From assembly GCA_001000865.1 (NCBI GenBank), contig LCIE01000002.1:32992-96991 (forward strand): DNA of 64,000 bases. Reading direction: 5' to 3'. This stretch comes from Candidatus Collierbacteria bacterium GW2011_GWC2_44_18. GTDB taxonomy: Bacteria; Patescibacteriota; Microgenomatia; UBA1400; MFAQ01. The translations under genes and the position numbers were made by a program. The first letter of the stretch is position 1. Every line of letters starts with the position of its first letter. Below are positions 39,834 to 49,300 of the stretch, in pieces. Below the pieces are notes generated by a model, which was not told the DNA's origin, searched no databases, and was given only the letters and a program-made list of their open reading frames with translations.

Positions 39834-39869
39834 GTCATTGCGCGGTCGCCTAAGGCGACCAAAGCAATC
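39834..39869 (+). repeat. Family A palindrome
   Basis: gtcattgcgcggtcgcctaaggcgaccaaagcaatc. Confidence 0.8.
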
Positions 39870-39920
39870 CAGAAAAATAAATATAAAATACACAATTTAC
39901 AATCTAAAATAATCTAAAAA

Positions 39921-40544
39921 ATGGCCAAATACATAGATCCAAAATGCAGACTCTGTCGCCGAGAAGGTGTCAAACTCTATCTCAAAGGCGCCCGCTGTCT
40001 CTCACCCAAATGTCCAATCGAAAAGAAGGGTGGTCAAGTGCCTGGCCAACACGGTAAGAAAAGAGCCCGAGGCCGAATTTCCGGATACGGCATCCAGTTA
40101 AGAGAGAAACAGAAGGCCAAACGTCTTTATGCTGTCTTGGAAAATCAGTTCCATGGCTACTATGAGCAAGCTATCAAATCTCGCGGAAATACCGCCGAGG
40201 TTCTTATTCAGCTTTTGGAGTCTCGTCTCGACAATATCTGCTATCGATTAGGTTTTGTTACCTCCCGTTCATTCGCTCGTCAACTCGTTACTCATGGAAA
40301 TGTTCTGGTAGACGGCAAGAGAGTCGACGTTCCCTCTTTTCAAATCAAACCAGGTATGGTCATTTCCCTTCCGGAAAATGCCGCCAAATTCGACTTCGTG
40401 GCTCCTAATCTGATCGAGAAAAATGCACCTGCCAAATGGCTCTCACGTGTGGGTACCCAAGGCAAAGTGGATCGCATGCCCACTACCGATGAAATTGGCT
40501 CCGATATTAAAACCAATCTAATTATTGAGTTCTACTCAAGATAA
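39921..40544 (+). CDS. rpsD: 30S ribosomal protein S4 (Zn type)
   Basis: CRLCRREG, LREKQK, LESRLDN, IIEFYSR. Confidence 0.98.
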   Translation: MAKYIDPKCRLCRREGVKLYLKGARCLSPKCPIEKKGGQVPGQHGKKRARGRISGYGIQLREKQKAKRLYAVLENQFHGYYEQAIKSRGNTAEVLIQLLESRLDNICYRLGFVTSRSFARQLVTHGNVLVDGKRVDVPSFQIKPGMVISLPENAAKFDFVAPNLIEKNAPAKWLSRVGTQGKVDRMPTTDEIGSDIKTNLIIEFYSR

Positions 40545-40568
40545 TTCATTAACAATTACTACATAAAA

Positions 40569-41474
40569 ATGTTAGCACCAAACTTCAAAATTACTCTAAA
40601 AGATAAAAAAGAAATCAATACCGCAGAGGTTGTTATTGAACCGCTTCCTCAAAACTTTGGCCACACCATGGGTAATGCCCTCCGCCGTGTCTTGTTAACC
40701 TCTCTTGATGGTGGAGCCGCCATCCGCGTCAAGATTGACGGGGTCTCTCATCAATTTTCCACTCTGACTGGTCTTCAAGAAGACATTGTTGAATTTATTC
40801 TTAATCTTAAGACCCTTAATTTCTTTGTCGACTCAGACGAACCAGTTGATGTCAAGCTCAAAGTTTCTGGAGTCAAAGAGGTTAAGGCCTCCGATTTAGA
40901 CCTTCCTTCCAATGTTACCATTGCCAACCCAGATACTGTTTTGGCCCATCTCACTTCCCCTAAATCCAAGTTGTCTGCCGTTATTACTGTCGGTAAAGGT
41001 CTTGGATATGTTGCTTCCGAAGAAAACGCCACCAATGAAATAGGAGTCATCCCCCTGGATGCCTCTTTCTCCCCCGTTCTCAAAGCTAACTATACCGTTG
41101 AAGCTGCCCGCGTCGGTCGTTCCAGCAACTTCGATAAGGTCAGACTCACTTTGACTACCGATGGTACCATTACCCCCGGAGAAGCAGTTAGAAGTGCAGC
41201 CCGCGTATTGACGAGTTTTTATGATTATGTAAACTCTGCTGAAGCCTATCAGGTGGAGAAGAAGTCGGCTCATGAAGCCACTACTGCGGGTTTCGTAGAT
41301 GATCTTGATCTACCTACTCGTGTCCTGAACGCTCTAAAAAAATCAGGAATTAATAAATTAGCCGATCTAAAGGCTCTCACTTTGGGTGATTTGAAAAAAG
41401 TCAAAAACCTCGGAGAGAAATCAGCCATGCAAGTGGTCGAAAAAGCTGCGGAAAAAGGCGTAATCATTCAATAA
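40569..41474 (+). CDS. rpoA: RNA polymerase alpha subunit
   Basis: EPL..FGHTMGNALRRVLL, DASFSPV, alpha-CTD NLGEKS. Confidence 0.98.
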   Translation: MLAPNFKITLKDKKEINTAEVVIEPLPQNFGHTMGNALRRVLLTSLDGGAAIRVKIDGVSHQFSTLTGLQEDIVEFILNLKTLNFFVDSDEPVDVKLKVSGVKEVKASDLDLPSNVTIANPDTVLAHLTSPKSKLSAVITVGKGLGYVASEENATNEIGVIPLDASFSPVLKANYTVEAARVGRSSNFDKVRLTLTTDGTITPGEAVRSAARVLTSFYDYVNSAEAYQVEKKSAHEATTAGFVDDLDLPTRVLNALKKSGINKLADLKALTLGDLKKVKNLGEKSAMQVVEKAAEKGVIIQ

Positions 41475-41477
41475 CTT

Positions 41478-41876
41478 ATGGGACGTCGTCATCACTCCAT
41501 CATTGCCAAGTTAAACAGGAACACTAAAGAGAGACAATCCCTCTTCAAAGTTCAACTCAAACAGCTCATCGAGCTTGGTAGTATCACCACTACAATTACC
41601 AAAGCCAAAATAATCAAACGTTTGTTTGACAGACTGGCTGCCAAAGCCTCAGATGGAACCTTGACCTCTCGACGTCTAGTGGCTGCCCAGCTAAGTAGTC
41701 CAAAGAGCGCCAACAGGCTAGTTGATCTGATTATTCCTGTTATGGGTGGTAGGCGAAGTGGTTTTACGACCATTCAAAAAACCGGTGTTAGGAGAGGGGA
41801 CTCTACCACCACTGCCTCCATTAGTTTGATCGTTCCACTACCCGAGACCCCCAAAAAAGAAATCAATAAAAAATAA
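41478..41876 (+). CDS. rplQ: 50S ribosomal protein L17
   Basis: KLNR...R, I.TT..KAK, R.SGFT, RRGD; position after rpoA. Confidence 0.9.
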   Translation: MGRRHHSIIAKLNRNTKERQSLFKVQLKQLIELGSITTTITKAKIIKRLFDRLAAKASDGTLTSRRLVAAQLSSPKSANRLVDLIIPVMGGRRSGFTTIQKTGVRRGDSTTTASISLIVPLPETPKKEINKK

Positions 41877-42304
41877 TGAAAACTACTACTCTAAAGGTCT
41901 CCGATCTTACCCACAATTGGCACCTGATTGATCTCGACGGTCTAATCTTAGGTCGGGCTGCTGTGAAAATAGCCACCCTGCTTACTGGCAAGGGTAAGGC
42001 TCTCACTGGAAACCATCTAGACAATGGTGATTTTGTTGTTGCTGTTAACGCCGATAAATTCAAGGTCACCGGTAAAAAAATGACCGACAAAATTTACTAC
42101 TCTCACTCAGGTTTTCCCGGTGGTTTTAAAGAGGTTTCTCTAGGAGATCTCAAAGAAAAAGATTGTCGTAAGGTCATCGAGAAAGCTGTTAAGGGCATGC
42201 TCCCCAAAAACAAATTCCAGCAGACACGATTACGCCGTCTTAAAGTCTTTCCCGGTGTCGATCATCCCTACGCCGTCGAACTTGGACTTAACAAGAAAGA
42301 TTAA
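41876..42304 (+). CDS. rplM: 50S ribosomal protein L13
   Basis: W.LID....LGR.A, GDFVV.VNA, HSGFPGG, AVKGMLPKN. Confidence 0.97.
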   Translation: MKTTTLKVSDLTHNWHLIDLDGLILGRAAVKIATLLTGKGKALTGNHLDNGDFVVAVNADKFKVTGKKMTDKIYYSHSGFPGGFKEVSLGDLKEKDCRKVIEKAVKGMLPKNKFQQTRLRRLKVFPGVDHPYAVELGLNKKD

Positions 42305-42309
42305 AAACT

Positions 42310-42331
42310 GTCATTCCCGCGTAGGCGGGAA
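42310..42331 (+). repeat. Family A' (dRS3/RPE-like) palindrome
   Basis: gtcattcccgcgtaggcgggaa. Confidence 0.7.
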
Positions 42332-42359
42332 ACGATACAAATAACTAAACTCAACCAGT

Positions 42360-42839
42360 ATGGCTCAAAAACTATCAAAAAAATCAAAAATCGCCGTCAA
42401 GCCGGTTAAAACCATTCCAGTTAAAAAAGGTACCTTATCGATGCCCAAAGAATTTTTCTCTGCCATTGGTAGACGCAAAACCGCCATTGCTCGCGTTAGG
42501 ATTTGGCCTGGCAAACAGGAGCTAACGGTCAACGGCAAACCAATCTCCACCTATTTCAAAGGGGAAACCTTCAAAAAAATCTATCAAGCACCATTCATGG
42601 TTACCGAAACTCTGGGTCAATATACCGGTAGTATCAAAATCGCCGGATCCGGTTTAATGTCTCAAGCAGACGCTATCGTTCATGGTATTGCTCGCGCCTT
42701 GGTAAAAGTTAACTCTGATCAATTCAAACAGATTTTGAGAGACAAGGGTTTCATTACTCGAGACTCCCGTATGAAAGAGACCAGAAAAGCCGGACAGGGT
42801 GGTCGAGCCCGCGCCAAGAAACAAAGCCCAAAGCGTTAA
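42360..42839 (+). CDS. rpsI: 30S ribosomal protein S9
   Basis: GRRKTA.ARV, QA.AI.HGIARAL, TRD.R.KE.RK.G, QSPKR. Confidence 0.97.
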   Translation: MAQKLSKKSKIAVKPVKTIPVKKGTLSMPKEFFSAIGRRKTAIARVRIWPGKQELTVNGKPISTYFKGETFKKIYQAPFMVTETLGQYTGSIKIAGSGLMSQADAIVHGIARALVKVNSDQFKQILRDKGFITRDSRMKETRKAGQGGRARAKKQSPKR

Positions 42840-42841
42840 TC

Positions 42842-42867
42842 GTCATTCCGAGCGAAGTCGAGGAATC
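42842..42867 (+). repeat. Family A' palindrome followed by terminator (42878-42901)
   Basis: gtcattccgagcgaagtcgaggaatc; accgc-ttcg-gcggtttttt. Confidence 0.8.
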
Positions 42868-42930
42868 TCAAACCACAAAATCACCGCTTCGGCGGTTTTT
42901 TGTACCTGCCATAAACATCGTCAATACAAT

Positions 42931-43916
42931 AGACTTGTCGCAAAATAAGCAACATCACCTCCCCCTCCCCAGATATCAGGTTAACAAGTGTCTTTGGTAA
43001 TTGGTCGGGTAAAGTTGTAGAGGGCATATCTGTCGGCAAGAATATGGAAGTGTTTGAGTGCTCCAATGACATGTTCTACTCGTACTCTGATTGAGGATAT
43101 GGTTTGATTGGTTAGCTTGTCCATCTCAGGAAGTTCTTTCTTGTATGGTTTCTTGATTGGAAGAATCACCTTAGAGTGTGAACTTGATTCTTGTAGTCCT
43201 ACGTATCCTAAGTCAGCCAGACAAGTGGCTCCGGGCGGAGCCCGGAGAACTGTGCCATCATCCACGCACAACTGTTTGTCATGTCGTTTTCCCTCCACTG
43301 TTTGGGAGACAGCCAAAATTCTTTTGGTGTGTGGGTGGATGATGATTTGATTCTTGATCGTATGTTTCTTCTTTTTACCAGAGTAATAGAACTCTTGATT
43401 TTTCTTTGGTCTTTGTACTGCTCTCTCGGTGGCATCAATGATGAACTCAGAGAGATCAGGACAGATCTCGAGCATTCCCGCCATGGTACGGATCTTTCTT
43501 TTAGGTAGCCTAAGTTCATATCCTAGTGTTAACCAAAGCACTTCCTCCATAAATACCTTCCATCGATGGATAGTTTCCTTGTCTACCTCGAAGATTGTTT
43601 GAGCCAGGCGGAAAGTGGGATATGTTTTGTAGTAAAACAAGATGAAGAGTAATCTCTCTGAAGAAGTTCGGAGTACCGACCTTCTTCCTGCTCCCATTCC
43701 TCTGTCTCTGTCCCATCTCCACAGTTTGTGGTGTCGACTCTGTCGAAATCGAATATCAAAAAGTGGTAACAGTTTGTTAAACTTTTCCTGACTCATTCCA
43801 ATTACCGCTGGAAAAAGATCAGGATGTTTGAGAAGATAGAGTAGATTCATGGGCAGGAACTTACTAATATGGGGTCCTGCCCATAATCTTATCAGAGCTA
43901 ATTATGCGACAAGTCT
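42931..43916 (-). mobile_element. IS5-family (ISL2/IS1031-like, DDE_Tnp_4) insertion sequence
   Basis: Terminal IRs agacttgtcgcaaaataagc / gctaattatgcgacaagtct (18/20); AAT duplicated on both flanks. Confidence 0.85.
42981..43850 (-). CDS. DDE transposase (possibly with a short C-terminal deletion)
   Basis: IIDATE..QRPK, YYSGKKK.HT.K.Q, HD, ADLGY.G, RVRVEH.IG.LK. Confidence 0.9.
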   Translation of the reverse strand: MNLLYLLKHPDLFPAVIGMSQEKFNKLLPLFDIRFRQSRHHKLWRWDRDRGMGAGRRSVLRTSSERLLFILFYYKTYPTFRLAQTIFEVDKETIHRWKVFMEEVLWLTLGYELRLPKRKIRTMAGMLEICPDLSEFIIDATERAVQRPKKNQEFYYSGKKKKHTIKNQIIIHPHTKRILAVSQTVEGKRHDKQLCVDDGTVLRAPPGATCLADLGYVGLQESSSHSKVILPIKKPYKKELPEMDKLTNQTISSIRVRVEHVIGALKHFHILADRYALYNFTRPITKDTC

Positions 43917-43944
43917 AATAGAAGGGGGACATCCAAGTATTTCT

Positions 43945-43979
43945 GGATTCCGAGTCGCACTACGCTTGCCCGGAATGAC
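43945..43979 (-). repeat. Inverted family A' element
   Basis: ggattccg...cggaatgac. Confidence 0.7.
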
Positions 43980-44001
43980 AAACTGCGAAAGTCGTAATTC
44001 T

Positions 44002-44151
44002 GTTGAATTGGATACATATCAAATAATGCCCAATCATGTTCATGTTGGCTATCGGGTCGACGCGGGGGTCGACCCCTACAGTTCGAGAATATGCAAAAAG
44101 ATTGAAAACAATCCATTAAATTGGGAAAAAGACAAATTGTATTCCCCGTAG
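44002..44151 (+). pseudogene. Relic of a REP-associated Y1/HUH transposase (RAYT-like)
   Basis: VELDTYQIMPNHVH (HUH) joined through a GTAG repeat to KIENNPLNWEKD; most of the gene is missing. Confidence 0.75.
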
Positions 44152-44251
44152 GGGCAGGCCCCCGCGCCTGCCCGTATAAATCCAACCACAACACAAAAAC
44201 CAACCACGCCTCAAAATCATTCTTCCCGTAGGGGTTTCATTTATGAAACCC
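44054..44251. repeat. Three family B GTAG palindromes (44054-44079 inverted, 44148-44173, 44228-44251)
   Basis: gggtcgacgcgggggtcgacccctac; gtaggggcaggcccccgcgcctgccc; gtaggggtttcatttatgaaaccc. Confidence 0.8.
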
Positions 44252-44252
44252 G

Positions 44253-45164
44253 TTATTTCACCCCACCATACAATCTTTCTTCCATCTCCCGATTCAATTC
44301 CACACTCGTCACCCCATCTCTTTCTGCATCAAAATACCCACCCATAATTCTGGACGCCAGCACCGGCGCAAACTCATTATCGTTCTTTTCGGTCCATTTA
44401 TAAGCCTCCTTGAATATTTTCAAAAATTGCTCTGCCAGATCCGGTCTTTTCAGTTTGGTATAAACACGGTGATAGAAATAGGCCACGTCATAAAACTTCA
44501 GTCCACCCATTTGTGCCGCCTCACCATCAACCAAGTAATACTCACTTTTCTCGGTCTTCATAATATTCCAAGGTGTAAAGTCTCCATGACTTGCTTCTAT
44601 TTCCATATCATCACTTCTTTCTTCGATAAATTGAAGAAGATCACGAGTGCTCCGTTTAATACTTTTTGACCACTCTCTGGCATTATCAACCAAACTTTTT
44701 GCCCCCACCATCTTCAAAGACTCTCGATCTTTTGGCAGCAGACTTGCTCTCGAGATTTCCATAATATTCTTGGCTATTTCCGCCACTTTGTGCAAATCCT
44801 TGACAGCAATATCGTTGTTTTTATTATCTATTTCGGCTAGCGGTTTACCAAAAACAAACTCTCCAATAAACCAATATTTATCTTGAAAATACCCTTCGTC
44901 GAAGATTTTGGGTGACTTAAATGTCGTCAAGTATTTTTTCCAAACAGAGGTAACATTTTTATTCCACACAGCCTCATTTATCGTTCTCTCTCCGATCTCT
45001 TCCGTACTGGCTAACTTCAGGAAAAGCTTCTCATTCTCAAACTTGACTTGACCGGTCACGTGCCGCCACAGTTGTTCCAGTTTTTGCACTTTATACCCTT
45101 TATTCTCAAAGTATCTCCCCACCTCCTCCAAGTTCAGTTTTCCATGCATTTCCTTACCGGACAT
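44253..45164 (-). CDS. APH/choline kinase-like phosphotransferase
   Basis: LFLK, HGDFTPWNI, LVDGE, YDVAY. Confidence 0.85.
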   Translation of the reverse strand: MSGKEMHGKLNLEEVGRYFENKGYKVQKLEQLWRHVTGQVKFENEKLFLKLASTEEIGERTINEAVWNKNVTSVWKKYLTTFKSPKIFDEGYFQDKYWFIGEFVFGKPLAEIDNKNNDIAVKDLHKVAEIAKNIMEISRASLLPKDRESLKMVGAKSLVDNAREWSKSIKRSTRDLLQFIEERSDDMEIEASHGDFTPWNIMKTEKSEYYLVDGEAAQMGGLKFYDVAYFYHRVYTKLKRPDLAEQFLKIFKEAYKWTEKNDNEFAPVLASRIMGGYFDAERDGVTSVELNREMEERLYGGVK

Positions 45165-45232
45165 ATCTTTAAGTATAGTCTAATCGCACTCTATGTTATA
45201 ATATCCCATAACCCATCTTGAGGAGGTCTACT

Positions 45233-45631
45233 TTGATAATCCAAGTTCTAATAAAGAATGTCAGTCGTACCTTTTGTCCTGATTTGAAATCTCTCGGAAA
45301 GCTGTTACAGGTTGTCGAAAATACCTATCACTGTCCGGTTGAGGTGGTCTTTGAAACGGCACTTTCTTTCAGAGCATTATCGGACGGGAAAGTAATTCCC
45401 GTTAGTCCTGTCAATGTTCTTGTCCACAAGGATGCTTCTGATGGAAAACAGACCTACATTCCGAGAGCTTTTTCCTCGCAAGCAAATTTAATAAACAATA
45501 GGATTCAGGACCTTCTCTCGGTTTCAAAACCCTCAGAATTGAACCTGCCCGCCTCGGTGAAAATTCGATCAGGCGGAAAAATATACATATTTTTAGGACT
45601 GACTCCTGTCACTGAATCAGAATGGCATTAA
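45233..45631 (+). CDS. Orphan hypothetical protein
   Basis: AGGAGG 6 nt before TTG 45233; TATAAT at 45197; terminator 45646-45667. Confidence 0.6.
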   Translation: MIIQVLIKNVSRTFCPDLKSLGKLLQVVENTYHCPVEVVFETALSFRALSDGKVIPVSPVNVLVHKDASDGKQTYIPRAFSSQANLINNRIQDLLSVSKPSELNLPASVKIRSGGKIYIFLGLTPVTESEWH

Positions 45632-45683
45632 TCATTCCACCCTATCCCCTCACAAGAGGGGCTTTTCATATAAAATATCCTCA

Positions 45684-46265
45684 ATGAAAATTTGTGGATT
45701 AGATGAATGCGGCAGAGGAGCTTTCGCTGGCCCTCTCGTGGCCGCCGCCGTTATTATTAATACCGATCTGGTTTCTTTCCCGTCTCTCCTTCCTGTTCCG
45801 CTCCGCGATAGTAAAAAACTAACTGAAACTCAACGAATCAAAATCGTTTCCGAGTTACCCAAACTTCCCGTCATTTACAAAATAGAAGAGGTATCAGTTT
45901 CCGAAATCAATGAGTATGGCATGGGTTGGGCCAACCAGCAGATTTTTGAAAGACTTATCTCCGGTATTAAATCCACTGTTTATATTGTTGACGGCAATCT
46001 CAAGTTTGCTAACCCTTCGGTAAGAACTCTTATCAAAGGAGATGACAAGTGTTATCAGGTAATGCTGGCGAGTGTTATTGCCAAGGTTTACCGTGATAAT
46101 CTCATGGCCAAACTTCACCAGGACTTTCCGGAATACGGCTGGGACAGAAACTCGGGCTATGGCACCGTCGAACATATCCAAGCCATCAAACAGTTTGGCC
46201 AAAACCTCCACCACCGATCCCAGTATATCGCCACTTTTGTTAGTAAACATTCGTCAGCCGGATAG
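45684..46265 (+). CDS. rnhB: Ribonuclease HII
   Basis: GLDECGRGAFAGP, RDSKKL, VDG, KGD, ASVIAKV.RD, GYGT..H. Confidence 0.96.
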   Translation: MKICGLDECGRGAFAGPLVAAAVIINTDLVSFPSLLPVPLRDSKKLTETQRIKIVSELPKLPVIYKIEEVSVSEINEYGMGWANQQIFERLISGIKSTVYIVDGNLKFANPSVRTLIKGDDKCYQVMLASVIAKVYRDNLMAKLHQDFPEYGWDRNSGYGTVEHIQAIKQFGQNLHHRSQYIATFVSKHSSAG

Positions 46266-46271
46266 TTTTCA

Positions 46272-46300
46272 TTGACATCTCCTTACCCTGTAATTAAACT
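46272..46300 (+). promoter_or_regulatory. Sigma70-type promoter of the A2M-like gene
   Basis: TTGACA(46272)-17 nt-TAAACT(46295); supports ATG 46311 as the start. Confidence 0.6.
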
Positions 46301-46310
46301 AAAATCATCG

Positions 46311-49300
46311 ATGGGAAAAATAAAAACCTTCTTAGGTTCTTTGCGTCCTTGGCAGTTGGTCGGAATCTTGCTGGTTTCCTTAGGACTGCTCGCTTCCGTT
46401 ATTCTTGCTTCGCAATACCTTCAGCTCTCAGCCAAACTAAAGCTAGGCTCAGACGCCGGGCTGTTGTTGACGGCGGATCGACAAGACTCGTTAGGGACGT
46501 TTCAGGATTCAACTTTCACTCTCAAGTCGGATCAAGATCTTACCGTCGCCGGTCTCAAGAATAGTGTGACTTTCTTTCCCGAAATAGACTTCGACATTAG
46601 GGAAATCAGCCCTCGTCAATTTAGTATTTCCCCCAAGGCTCCTCTAAAGAACAACAGTCTGTATCGCGTCAAGGTAGTTTCCGACCAAAAAACTTTTTCC
46701 TGGGCATTCCAGACCAAAAACGATTTCCGGGTAGTCCAAACCCTACCTCGTGATCAAGCCACCTACGTACCCATAAATTCTGGTATCGAGATCACCTTTA
46801 GTCACGATAATTGGGATGACATAAGTTTGAAAGATGGAAATTTTGAAATTACCCCTTTTGCCGAAGGTCGTTTCGAACGTCACAAAAGAACTATTTCCTT
46901 TATTCCAGAGGGACTTGTTCCAAATACACTATATACGGTAAAAATCAAAAAAGGTCTTAAACTCAAAGGAACCAATGAAGTTCTCAAAGATGATTTTGTT
47001 TATCGTTTTGAAACCCAGTCTTCTTCCGGAGATAAGACTCAAATAAATTTTTCCAGAAGTTTTTATGAATTTTCTCCACCCGAAACTCCGGCTTTCGATA
47101 TCTACACTTCATCGACCGGCGTGGGCGAGGCCTCGGTAAAGGTTTATCAATACCCCAATGTTCAAGATTTTACTTCCGACTTTACTACCAAGCTGGCTAT
47201 TCCGGCGTGGGCGACCAATTCACTTCGCTTAAATCGTCGTCCGGTTTCGGGGCTAAACAAAGTTCTGGATTTTCCGGCATCAATTCAAAAACAATCATAC
47301 ACCAATTATTTCTTACTTCCTCAAACTTTACCCAAAGGTTTTTACCTGATTGAAGCCACGATCGATAATATCACCACCCAAGCTTTGGTTCAAATAACCG
47401 ACCTCTCCGCCTATCTCACCGTCAGCGGTACCAAGACACTCGTTTGGGTCAACGATATTGGTACTGGCCAGCCTGTTTCTGGTGCAAGTGTCAGTTTCGC
47501 CGGCAAAGGACAAGAAACCGGTCAGGATGGTGTCGCTTACTTTGATACTCCGACCGAAAAGATAACAGAAAATTCCAATCTTATTGGAGTTAGTCATGGC
47601 AGTAATGCTCTATATTTACCTGTTCAAAATGTTAGGTACTACTACGATGCTGATTATCAAAATTCCCGTCGCGTGGCCGATAAATACTGGAACTATTTTT
47701 ACACCGATCGTCCGGTCTACCTACCCACTGACATTCTCAAGTTCTGGGGTTTACTTAGGGATCGGGACAATCTAAATCAAAATCAAAAATTCACCTTAGA
47801 AGTTACTCGGTCAGATTACACCAGCTGGGACTTCCATCCGATGGTGCTTTTTACCAAAGATTTCGAAACCAGTGATCTGGGAACTTTTATTGGCGACATT
47901 CCTTTGGCGAGCTACAATCCGGGCTGGTATGGTATCTCCCTTAAGATCAATGGCACTATCGTCTCCAGTTCTTCGTTTTCGATTGAAACTTACACCAAGC
48001 CAGCCTACAAACTTACCCTCACTCCTTCCAAAAAAGCCGCTATTGTCGGTGAAATAATCTCTTTTTCCGGTGAAGCTACCTTCTTCGAAGGCTCCCCAGT
48101 CGTGGGGATGGATTTAAAGGTTACCGGGGCTCAAAATAGTAATTTCACCACTGATTCTCTCGGTCGATTTAATTTCAATTACCTGGTCTCGAAAAATTCC
48201 TACAACTATTTACCGGAGTATCGAAATTTTGTTGTCCTTCCCACCCTTCCCGAGGAGGGTATGATTCAAGTGAATTCCTCTATTGCCGTTTTTGATTCAT
48301 CACTAGTCTTGGGTTATTCAAAAACTGAGTCAAAAAATTCCACTGGAAAGGTTGAGATCGATCTTCGTCAGGTTGATACCGGAAAATTTACTCAGTCTTC
48401 AGACATACAAGACATTTTTGCTCCGGCTTCAAACCGGCTGGTTACTGGCACCTTAGTGGAAAATCAATGGAATCGACGGGAAGTTGGTACCTATTACGAT
48501 TTTATTAACAAGGTAACCTCTCCCAAATATGCATACGATCGAGTTCAAACCAAAATTGCCGACATCTCTTTAACCACCGACTCAAAAGGGAAGGCGGTCT
48601 ACGAATTTCCTGTTGGAGAAAACAAGTCATACGACATTCTCTTATATGCCACTGACGATCAAGGAAGAACTACCAGCCAAAACGTTTATCTTACCGGCTC
48701 GGTCAACAATGCCGAGTTGAATAACTATGTTTATTTAAAAACCGACAAGGAGGGTCAAAATTCCAGCCGATATGCTATTGGCGAGTCAGTAAACCTCACC
48801 CTTATGCGAGGAGAATTACCTCTGGAGTCCTCCGGAAACGATAAATTTCTTTATTTATTTTCTCAAAGGGGCCTTAATTCGTATCAGTTAGCCAGCGATG
48901 GGAAAATAAGTTTCAAATATCCCACAGCCTTTGTACCCAATGTCTTTGTTCGGGCGGTGAGATTTACCGGGAAAACTTATCAAGTATCGGAAAATCTTTA
49001 TCTATACTTTGATACCACCTCCAAAAAACTTTCCCTGGGGATTACTCAAGATAAACCCTCATACCTTCCGGGAGATACCGCCAAACTTTCCGTACTGGTA
49101 AAAGATCAAACCGGATCCGGCGTCTCTTCAGAGGTCAATCTCAGTCTTACAGATGAAGCATACAACGCTTTAAATTCCACTTTTGTGGATCCGTTATCTG
49201 GAATCTATCGTTCCTTGGGCGACGATATTATTGCTTCATACCAATCTCATCAATATCCTCTGGATAGTTCCGGGGCTGAAGGTGGTGGTTGTTTCTTGGC

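Noticed and set aside
43849-44203. 100-aa (+) and 101-aa (-) ORFs as intact genes
   Set aside because: They are chimeras of the IS end, repeats and RAYT fragments.
6177-46310. Long upstream starts given in the ORF track (e.g. 6177, 6771, 15692, 15972, 28945, 29994, 37892, 46272)
   Set aside because: They overlap upstream genes, repeats or promoters; downstream ATGs match family N-termini or SD/-10 spacing.
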